Virus record (IMG/VR): IMGVR_UViG_3300025035_000093 | Coordinates: 1 to 25,862 of that record | DNA from: a virus | Taxonomy: Duplodnaviria; Caudoviricetes | Direction: 5' to 3' (one strand) | Length of the DNA stretch: 25,862 nt | Part shown: piece after piece, positions 18,625 to 24,567 of the stretch | Layout: the number at the start of each line of letters is the position of its first letter | Position numbering within the stretch: position 1 is the stretch's first letter | Translations under genes and position numbers: made by a program | The notes under the pieces: model-generated | What the model saw: only the letters and a program-made list of their open reading frames with translations | Told to the model about the DNA's origin: nothing | The model's database searches: none

Positions 18625-18879
18625 CACTTTTCCCCCAATTTGTTCGATACGTGAAAACATTCCATCAAAACCCCTGTCTCCACCCCGTGAGCCATGTTGA
18701 AAAAACATAAAAAAACCAAAAAGGCGCGCGGAGAGGTGTGGAGTAGAGGAACGCGCGCGCGATTTTTGCCCCCGGGGTGGGGCCATCAAGGGGGGGTGGG
18801 GGTGTTGCCTGGGGGTCGCGATCCACCCCTATGGGGCGCGCTGCTTGGCATGATTGCGCGGGTGTGCCGGTGCCTCGCA
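18625..18879. other. Non-coding candidate packaging (pac/terminus) region with A-tracts, CGCGCG inverted repeat and G-tracts
   Basis: About 250-bp gap after terS; A-runs ~18700-18722; AAAAGGCGCGCG...CGCGCGATTTTT; G-runs 18774-18815; strand skew flips here. Confidence 0.55.
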
Positions 18880-19374
18880 TCACTCATCCGGCTTTTTTGC
18901 TTTGGCTACAGGTGCTTGCGACTTTAGGCCAGCCGATTGGTCATCGGTCGGCTTTGCATAGGCGTAGGCAGGCGACGGGGCGGCTGGTTTGGGCTTCGGA
19001 CCCTTCCTTCCGGGAACTGAACCGTTCGGTTTAGTAGCATCCCGAAAGAACTCAATCGCCCTCATTCTGACCTGTTCGGACTTTGCGGTTCGCATAAGGG
19101 CGATTGCCTGCTGGACGGCCTCGCCGTGCATGAGCTGTTCGAGGGCTTCTATCTGTCTTTGGTGCTGTTCGCGTATCTTTTGCAGGACCTGCTGAACGTG
19201 TGGGCGCTCCAGGGCGGCGAGCATTGTGGCCTCACGGACCCCTGCTGCGCGGGCTGCTTGTGTGGGGAGTATTCCCTGAGCGACGTGGATAGCGAGAGCG
19301 TTGCGGATCGCTGCACTTACGCGCGGCCTGCTGTTGAGCTCTTTCCAGTCTGTGGGCGGCTTGTCGTGTTTCAT
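18880..19374 (-). CDS. Terminase small subunit (probable), 164 aa
   Basis: Probable start ATG 19374; HTH (PTQAARAAGV), ALERPHVQQ, coiled coil, AKSEQVRMRAIEF; upstream of terL. Confidence 0.7.
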   Translation of the reverse strand: MKHDKPPTDWKELNSRPRVSAAIRNALAIHVAQGILPTQAARAAGVREATMLAALERPHVQQVLQKIREQHQRQIEALEQLMHGEAVQQAIALMRTAKSEQVRMRAIEFFRDATKPNGSVPGRKGPKPKPAAPSPAYAYAKPTDDQSAGLKSQAPVAKAKKPDE

Positions 19375-19406
19375 GGTGCGAGATTGGCGAGAGGCTGACA
19401 CGCGAT

Positions 19407-19415
19407 CCATGCACG
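19407..19415 (-). promoter_or_regulatory. Putative late-promoter motif CGTGCATGG, copy 4 (upstream of terS)
   Basis: Intergenic; CAATCT after a 20-nt spacer; ATG 32 nt past the motif, no SD. Confidence 0.6.
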
Positions 19416-19424
19416 TTTCATATT

Positions 19425-19478
19425 TTCCCGCGTTGGCGCATTTTTTATCTTGATCCCTTCCCGCATTGGCATTACGTA
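19425..19478 (+). promoter_or_regulatory. Sigma70-like early promoter (TTGATC-17-TACGTA) overlapped by a 13-bp direct repeat TTCCCGCRTTGGC
   Basis: -35 at 19450-19455, -10 at 19473-19478, T-rich upstream; repeats at 19425-19437 and 19458-19470. Confidence 0.55.
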
Positions 19479-19517
19479 GGGGTCACGACCACCACACACC
19501 ACGAAGGAACAACCGAC

Positions 19518-19754
19518 ATGACCTCAATCTCTCTCTTTCGAATGAACGTGACCGCAGCGCGGCTTGATGCGGCTTCGCGCGCCGTGGCGCGCGCCCGCAG
19601 CATGGGTGTAGCGGTCTACTGGATCGCTGCCGACTTTGCCTCCATCGTGATCGACGGCGTCGACAGCGACGGGCGCAACTGCTGCCTGACCTTCACCCCG
19701 ACCGGCGATCTGGTCTCGACCGTGCACCAAAGCGCCGCGCTGGTGCAGGCATGA
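19518..19754 (+). CDS. Small early hypothetical protein, 78 aa
   Basis: GAAGGA RBS preceded by CCACCACACAC; first gene of the plus-strand island. Confidence 0.7.
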   Translation: MTSISLFRMNVTAARLDAASRAVARARSMGVAVYWIAADFASIVIDGVDSDGRNCCLTFTPTGDLVSTVHQSAALVQA

Positions 19755-19927
19755 ACCGCTATCACGTCTCCGCCACTTACCGGACCCGCAGCGGGCGCAT
19801 GGGCACATTCAGCGCCGTGCGCGTGGCGCCAGACAGCACGGCTGCCCTGCGGTGGGTAGAGCGCACCATCCGCGCGCGCCGGTCCTACGCTGGCAAGATG
19901 GACGCCCGAGCGGTGCCCATGTCCTGA
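19751..19927 (+). CDS. Small basic hypothetical protein, 58 aa
   Basis: Manual translation MNRYHVSATYRTRSGRMGTFSAVRVAP...; ATGA coupling to the upstream gene. Confidence 0.6.
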   Translation: MNRYHVSATYRTRSGRMGTFSAVRVAPDSTAALRWVERTIRARRSYAGKMDARAVPMS

Positions 19928-20014
19928 CCAATCGGTGTCGCGCTGCGCAAGCGGCGCGCATCCCATGGGCCCTTCTGCCTGTGATCCACCACACACCACA
20001 ACCGGAGCGATATC

Positions 20015-20641
20015 ATGACCAGCCGTTTTTATGCCGCCGACCTTGCCGCCTACAACAGCGGTATCCTGCACGGGATTTGGGTTGACGCGACCAGCGACGC
20101 CGACGAGATGCAAGAACAGATCGCCGCCATGCTGCGCGCCAGCCCCTGCCCCAATGTCACCGTTGAGCACCCCGAGACGAACGAGACGGTCCCGAGCGCC
20201 GAGGAGTGGGTTGTCCACGACTACGACGACGCCGCCAAGCTCATTTCCCACATGGGCGAGACGTCCGACCTCAAGGCCATTGCCGAAGCGGCAGAGGCTT
20301 TCGAGGAGATCAGCGACGACTACCACGAAACGATCTTGCCCTTTCTGCTGGACTGGGTGCGCGACCGCGTGACCGAGCCCCACGCATGGAAGGCCGCGCT
20401 TGACGATGCTTTCGCGGGCGAGTGGAACGACCCGGAAGACTACGCCGCGGACCTTGCCGAACAATGCGGATACCTCGAGAACCTGCCCGACGCGCTGCAA
20501 AACTACATCGACTTTCGCGCGATGGCCCGTGACATGGCCCTGGGCGGCGAGATGGATTTCATCTGCACCAGCACCGGTCAACACCTGCAGAACTACGACA
20601 ACATGCGGGGCCGGGAGTGCATCGCGCTTCGCAACCTGTGA
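20015..20641 (+). CDS. ardA: Antirestriction protein ArdA (DNA mimic inhibiting type I R-M), 208 aa
   Basis: FYAADLAAYNSGILHGIWVDA, EEWVVHDYD, LQNYIDFRAMARD family motifs; strongly acidic. Confidence 0.92.
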   Translation: MTSRFYAADLAAYNSGILHGIWVDATSDADEMQEQIAAMLRASPCPNVTVEHPETNETVPSAEEWVVHDYDDAAKLISHMGETSDLKAIAEAAEAFEEISDDYHETILPFLLDWVRDRVTEPHAWKAALDDAFAGEWNDPEDYAADLAEQCGYLENLPDALQNYIDFRAMARDMALGGEMDFICTSTGQHLQNYDNMRGRECIALRNL

Positions 20642-20735
20642 CCACCGGCAGCGCGCATCCTTCCGGGTGCGCGTCCCCGTGGCCATGCCGCGACCCCCTA
20701 TAGCGGGGGAAACCCACCACAGAAGGATTTGAGCG

Positions 20736-21068
20736 ATGAGCAACCTTGAAGACCACGTGGCCGAACTGGCCGAAATCGCCGCCGCTCGCGAGGCGGTCGA
20801 GTGCAGCCATGCCGAAAGCAGATCCACCACCGGCAGCGGGCGCACGAACTGGGATCGGGCGCACGAGGGCCTGGAGCTTTGCATCCGGCTGGAGCAGCTG
20901 ACCGGCACCGACACGCTGGCCGAGCAGGTTTCCGACGTGCTGTGCCAGATGATGCACCTTTGCCGCCTGATCAGCGACGAGGACGGCCAGCCGATCAACT
21001 TCGAGCGGGCGATGGCAAACGCCGTTATGAACTTCGACGCCGAGTGCGAAAGGGACCCGGACCAATGA
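20736..21068 (+). CDS. Acidic helical hypothetical protein, 110 aa
   Basis: GAAGGA RBS; VSDVLCQMMHLC...FERAMANAVMNFDAE. Confidence 0.75.
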   Translation: MSNLEDHVAELAEIAAAREAVECSHAESRSTTGSGRTNWDRAHEGLELCIRLEQLTGTDTLAEQVSDVLCQMMHLCRLISDEDGQPINFERAMANAVMNFDAECERDPDQ

Positions 21069-21127
21069 CCTGCCCCGCCCTGCGCGCCATGCCGCGCGCC
21101 CACCACACACAAGAGGAGACTTGAGCG

Positions 21128-21421
21128 ATGCCGCTACCAGAAACAACTTGGCGATGCCTGCGCTGCGGGACGTATTTTCGCGGTGAAGGTTGCCCGAACT
21201 GCCCCGACTGCCCGCCGATGCCAGACCAAGCCGAACGCGCGGCGTTGATAATCCGCGCCCTAAGCGAAGCGCTTGGCGATGCCTTGCACCAGATTGGCAT
21301 GATGCAAGGCCTTTGCGACGACAATGACGGCACAATAGAGGCCGCCACAGATGCAGGCGAGGCTGCAATGGAGTTGGCGGGGGTCTACCTTGCCGACCAT
21401 GGCCGGGACTCGCCCGCATGA
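21128..21421 (+). CDS. Small protein with Zn-finger-like N-terminus, 97 aa
   Basis: GAGGAG RBS; WRCLRCG...CPNC then acidic helices. Confidence 0.7.
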   Translation: MPLPETTWRCLRCGTYFRGEGCPNCPDCPPMPDQAERAALIIRALSEALGDALHQIGMMQGLCDDNDGTIEAATDAGEAAMELAGVYLADHGRDSPA

Positions 21422-21561
21422 CCACTCGCACGCCACCGCGCTTGAGCCTGGACGATATACGCGCCGAACTTGAGCAACTGCCCACCGATGAACTGCGCGC
21501 TTTGCTACGCCTTGTGGGGCGCGTCCTGGATGACCGAGCGATACAACGGAGGATGCTATGA
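21418..21561 (+). CDS. Hypothetical protein, 47 aa
   Basis: Manual translation MTTRTPPRLSLDDIRAELEQLPTDELRALLRLVGRVLDDRAIQRRML; ATGA coupling at both ends. Confidence 0.6.
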   Translation: MTTRTPPRLSLDDIRAELEQLPTDELRALLRLVGRVLDDRAIQRRML

Positions 21562-21680
21562 GCCGCAAACCGACGATCTGGGAGGCACTGGCCGAGAAGC
21601 TTGGCCGCGAGCCCACCAACAAGGAAGCCAGCGACGAAGTCAAACGGATACTGAACGAGGCTGCACAGGAACGCCGCTGA
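21558..21680 (+). CDS. Hypothetical protein, 40 aa
   Basis: Manual translation MSRKPTIWEALAEKLGREPTNKEASDEVKRILNEAAQERR; GGAGG RBS, ATGA coupling. Confidence 0.65.
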   Translation: MSRKPTIWEALAEKLGREPTNKEASDEVKRILNEAAQERR

Positions 21681-21784
21681 CCCCTTGAGCCGCCCCCAGC
21701 CCACCACAGGCCAGGGGCGGCACCTTGCGCAAGGCGCGGGTTTCCACCGCCCTGCACCCTACCACCACGAAAGGAACCCCTTCA

Positions 21785-22171
21785 ATGACCATCTATAGCG
21801 CGACCGACCTTGCCAGCATGACCGATGAGCAGCGCCTTGCCGCGCTCGAAGACCTGGGCGCCAAGGTCTACGGCTCAGCCCGTTACGGGGCGGAATTCTG
21901 CCGGCAAAGCGGATGGGCGCCAAAGACCTTGGCCAACTGGCGCGCCCGATCCTCGCCCGTTCCGGTTCAGGCCGTGCTGTTGCTCCAGGAGTGGAGCGGC
22001 GGAAAAACTACCGACCGGATCATGGTCGAGGCGCTGGCCGATCTGTCGCGCGAACTTGGCGGCATGGCCAGAAGTCTCCAACGCACCGCCCGCGAGATCA
22101 GCGGGAACTTGCGCGATCCCGACGCGACAGCGCGCGACGACGCGACCCTTGTGGACGAGTCTCGCTTATGA
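21785..22171 (+). CDS. HTH transcriptional regulator, 128 aa
   Basis: AAGGA RBS, start ATG 21785; YGAEFCRQSGWAPKTLANW...PVP HTH followed by coiled coil. Confidence 0.65.
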   Translation: MTIYSATDLASMTDEQRLAALEDLGAKVYGSARYGAEFCRQSGWAPKTLANWRARSSPVPVQAVLLLQEWSGGKTTDRIMVEALADLSRELGGMARSLQRTAREISGNLRDPDATARDDATLVDESRL

Positions 22172-22583
22172 TCCGCAGCGCGATGTCTGGCAGGTCCACA
22201 GGGCGCAACACGACCTCATAACCAAGCGCGGCCGCCCACCACAGCGTCGTGTCCACGTTTGGAAGTTTTGTGGGATTGGGCTTCTCAGCTTTGGCGAGGT
22301 GGTCGCGCGCCAGCCCAGCGATGTGCTCGACCTCGGGAATGGCAAGTTCGAGCTCCTGCCGCCGCAGCCGCAGCGCCTTGCGCATATCTTCATAACTACC
22401 GATCGGAATGTCGCGCGGGCCGCGGTTGAGCCCCGGATCACAGCTCAGCACGCGCTTCCCATGCGGAATTCGAACCTTCACGCCGCAGCCGAAACTTGGA
22501 CACGCCGCCAGAGTTGAATCGCCGTCAGTCGCGATCAGCGTCCAGCCTGCCGCCTGCACTGCTTTCAGATCATCCATCGACAT
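22098..22583 (-). CDS. XRE-like HTH protein with N-terminal CxxxxC, candidate late-gene regulator, 161 aa
   Basis: GGAGG RBS; LRLRRQELELAIPEVEHIAGLARDHLAKAEK...PNVDTTLWWAAALGY; last gene of the replication operon. Confidence 0.7.
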   Translation of the reverse strand: MSMDDLKAVQAAGWTLIATDGDSTLAACPSFGCGVKVRIPHGKRVLSCDPGLNRGPRDIPIGSYEDMRKALRLRRQELELAIPEVEHIAGLARDHLAKAEKPNPTKLPNVDTTLWWAAALGYEVVLRPVDLPDIALRIISETRPQGSRRRALSRRDRASSR

Positions 22584-24048
22584 GCGCGACCTCCATTAAA
22601 ACATCTCCCGCTGCGTCGGCTCGATCTCTTCCGCAGGGGGCGCCCAGATCCAGGGGGCGGAGGCCGTGGGCAGCGCCGAGAGTGCGCCACGCATGTCCTG
22701 CTGCCAGCGGGCAAACTCCATTGCCGAGCAGTCGCAGAGCGCGTGACCTTTGGGCCAGCCCATGAGCTGTTCGACAAATATCGGATTGAGCCTGCGCTTG
22801 ATCCGGCTCGCCCAGAGCCTGCGCCATGTCGCGCGCCCATGCGAGGAGATCAGCGAGTCCCGTAGCGGGCGCCAGATACGGCGCAACTGCGAGAGTTTCG
22901 GCCCATGCAGTGCTGTCTCCGGGGCCGGGTGGGAAAAGCCATGGGCGACCGCGTTCGGCAACTGGTCCATGTGCAGGCGACCCGTGCCGTTCTTTAGATG
23001 ATCCGCGCTGTTCTCGCCCTTGTGGTCCCGCGCCGCTGGCGTCGGCCATGTCGTCGCGTCCCGTGCCAGGCAGGCATTCCCGGCCTTGGCTGTCGGCTTC
23101 TGCCCCGCACCGCGCATCGTCACGTCGTGCGCTTGCGGCGTGGTCCATTGCGCCGCCTGTGCTGGCAGCGGTGTCCCGCCCTCGCTGTAGGCCATGTTCG
23201 GCCCGCCCTTCTCCCCGTCCGAGCCCTTGGGCGTGCCCCAGAGCCGAGTCTGGTTCTCCAGCCCGACAGTCACCTTGCGGCCATCCGGCGTCTGCCCCGT
23301 GATCGTCGTGCCGTCGGGCATCTTGCGGCCACCGCTCGGCGTGTCTGGCGTCATCCACATCGCCTGCGCCAGTTCCTCCGCCCGCCGGGAGAAGTCGCTG
23401 TTGCCCGCCGCGCTGTTCCCGTTCTGAGCCGGGGTGCCGGCCATCGGGGTGGGCCATGAGGATGCTGCCGTCTGAAGGTTCAGCCCGCCATCCCTGCCCT
23501 CGTGCCCGGCTCCTGTCGTCATCGCGCTGGTCGCGGTGGGCCACGCAGAACCACCGGAGCCGTTCATGCGGCGCGCCGACTTCAGCCGCTGAGAATGCGC
23601 CAGCCGCAGGCGTCCAGCCCATTTTTCGTAATTCTCGCAGCACGGCCTCTGCGCCGAGGGTGATGTGACCGGCGACGTTCTCAAGCAACACCCACTCGGG
23701 GTTGATTTCCCGGATGATCCGGGCAACGTCGGGCCAGAGGTGGCGGGGATCGTCTGCGCCTTTGCGCTGTCCTGCTGCGCTGAATGGCTGGCAAGGGTAG
23801 CCGGCCAGCACGGTGTCGATCGCGCCCCGGTAGGGCCGTCCGTCGAAGGTCTTGACGTCATCCCAGATCGGGGCTGGCGCGAAGTATCCGGCGCGCTGGC
23901 CCGCGATGATGGCGTCTCTCGCGTGGGGTTCGATCTCGACCCATGCGCGGGTGTGAAAGTTTGGCTCGGCAAGCATGACGCCAAGATCAAGGCCACCGGC
24001 TCCACCGCAGAGGCTGATGCCGTTTGTTGGTCGGGAATGTATGCCCAT
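22570..24048 (-). CDS. DNA (cytosine-5) methyltransferase, catalytic 'alpha' frame, 492 aa
   Basis: Motif I SLCGGAGGLDLG, IV GYPCQPFS, VI ENV, VIII HERLRWF, X LRLLGNGV; no motif IX and a low-complexity middle in this frame. Confidence 0.92.
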   Translation of the reverse strand: MGIHSRPTNGISLCGGAGGLDLGVMLAEPNFHTRAWVEIEPHARDAIIAGQRAGYFAPAPIWDDVKTFDGRPYRGAIDTVLAGYPCQPFSAAGQRKGADDPRHLWPDVARIIREINPEWVLLENVAGHITLGAEAVLRELRKMGWTPAAGAFSAAEVGAPHERLRWFCVAHRDQRDDDRSRARGQGWRAEPSDGSILMAHPDGRHPGSEREQRGGQQRLLPAGGGTGAGDVDDARHAERWPQDARRHDDHGADAGWPQGDCRAGEPDSALGHAQGLGRGEGRAEHGLQRGRDTAASTGGAMDHAASARRDDARCGAEADSQGRECLPGTGRDDMADASGAGPQGREQRGSSKERHGSPAHGPVAERGRPWLFPPGPGDSTAWAETLAVAPYLAPATGLADLLAWARDMAQALGEPDQAQAQSDICRTAHGLAQRSRALRLLGNGVCPLAAGHAWRTLGAAHGLRPLDLGAPCGRDRADAAGDVLMEVAHVDG

Positions 24049-24053
24049 GTCAC
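22596..24053 (-). CDS. Overlapping 'beta' polypeptide of the MTase: tandem TRD-like WxTP modules plus motif IX, up to 485 aa
   Basis: GTG 24053 coupled to upstream TGA; six W-x-T-(P/A) units; RRLNPIFVEQLMGWP motif IX; alternative internal ATG at 23567. Confidence 0.78.
   Translation of the reverse strand: MTWAYIPDQQTASASAVEPVALILASCLPSQTFTPAHGSRSNPTRETPSSRASAPDTSRQPRSGMTSRPSTDGPTGARSTPCWPATLASHSAQQDSAKAQTIPATSGPTLPGSSGKSTPSGCCLRTSPVTSPSAQRPCCENYEKWAGRLRLAHSQRLKSARRMNGSGGSAWPTATSAMTTGAGHEGRDGGLNLQTAASSWPTPMAGTPAQNGNSAAGNSDFSRRAEELAQAMWMTPDTPSGGRKMPDGTTITGQTPDGRKVTVGLENQTRLWGTPKGSDGEKGGPNMAYSEGGTPLPAQAAQWTTPQAHDVTMRGAGQKPTAKAGNACLARDATTWPTPAARDHKGENSADHLKNGTGRLHMDQLPNAVAHGFSHPAPETALHGPKLSQLRRIWRPLRDSLISSHGRATWRRLWASRIKRRLNPIFVEQLMGWPKGHALCDCSAMEFARWQQDMRGALSALPTASAPWIWAPPAEEIEPTQREMF
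22945..23543 (-). repeat. Six degenerate protein-level repeats (about 29-39 aa) starting WPTA/WPTP/WMTP/WGTP/WTTP/WPTP
   Basis: Trp codons at 23543, 23456, 23357, 23240, 23147 and 23048; spacings 87, 99, 117, 93 and 99 nt. Confidence 0.8.
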
Positions 24054-24349
24054 TGATGATCTCCCGCTACGAGCTCCCGCTTGACCGCGGGCCAGCGCCG
24101 TTGCACCTCGGCGAGCCGCGGGTTGAAGCGATCCGCCACCGCTGCCAGATCGCGGTAGGTCTTGGCATTGGCCAGCGCTTCCTCGATCGAGCCCGAAACG
24201 CTGCGCGTAGAGAGCCTTCTACCGCGTCCCGGCACCCTGCACCTATCCACGAGCGACTCGGCCTTCTGGCACGTCTCTCCGTGGCGTGACGGGCCATCCT
24301 TGCTGGATACCTTCGCCCGGATCATATCTTCGCCGCGCCAATCGGTCAT
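24050..24349 (-). CDS. Hypothetical protein, 99 aa
   Basis: ATG 24349 coupled to upstream stop; its stop overlaps the GTG of the beta frame. Confidence 0.6.
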   Translation of the reverse strand: MTDWRGEDMIRAKVSSKDGPSRHGETCQKAESLVDRCRVPGRGRRLSTRSVSGSIEEALANAKTYRDLAAVADRFNPRLAEVQRRWPAVKRELVAGDHQ

Positions 24350-24567
24350 TTTTCCGCCCTCTCGGCCAGCGCGCGAATTCTTGTCGTGATCTGACGCGCC
24401 TCGTTGGCAGTTGATGGGATTGACAGAGCGATTACCCGCTTCTCCAGCAGATCGGCTTCGAGCGATGGTATCCGGCGGCCAAGAAGGTTTGCCGCATCGA
24501 GAACGCCCTCGATCTCCTCCAGCGTTTCCAGAGTTGCGACGTAGCGGTTCCAATGTGCTTCGCTCAT
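24346..24567 (-). CDS. Hypothetical protein, 73 aa
   Basis: ATGA-coupled at both ends; amphipathic helical. Confidence 0.65.
   Translation of the reverse strand: MSEAHWNRYVATLETLEEIEGVLDAANLLGRRIPSLEADLLEKRVIALSIPSTANEARQITTRIRALAERAEK

Noticed and set aside
19125-19133. Near-matches to the late motif (CGTGCATGA on the plus strand in terS; CCATGCACT at ~2092)
   Set aside because: Mismatched, intragenic and not positioned before a gene start
21470-21688. Track ORF 21470-21688 (72 aa)
   Set aside because: Two ATGA-coupled ORFs (21418-21561 and 21558-21680) tile the region better, the second with a GGAGG RBS
19616-21707. Minus-strand ORFs 19616-21112 (498 aa) and 20559-21707 (382 aa)
   Set aside because: Antisense to ardA and neighbours, which have clear RBSs and translational coupling; no recognisable protein features
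19489-21787. CRISPR array or integron attC array
   Set aside because: Repeats are only 7-11 bp, irregularly spaced and separated by whole genes; no cas or integrase gene and no attC core sites recognised
22570-24053. MTase as a frameshifted pseudogene or single programmed frameshift product
   Set aside because: Both frames are open end to end and the motif order (A: I-VIII, B: TRD and IX, A: X) would need two compensating shifts; a two-subunit model with precedent is simpler, though not proven
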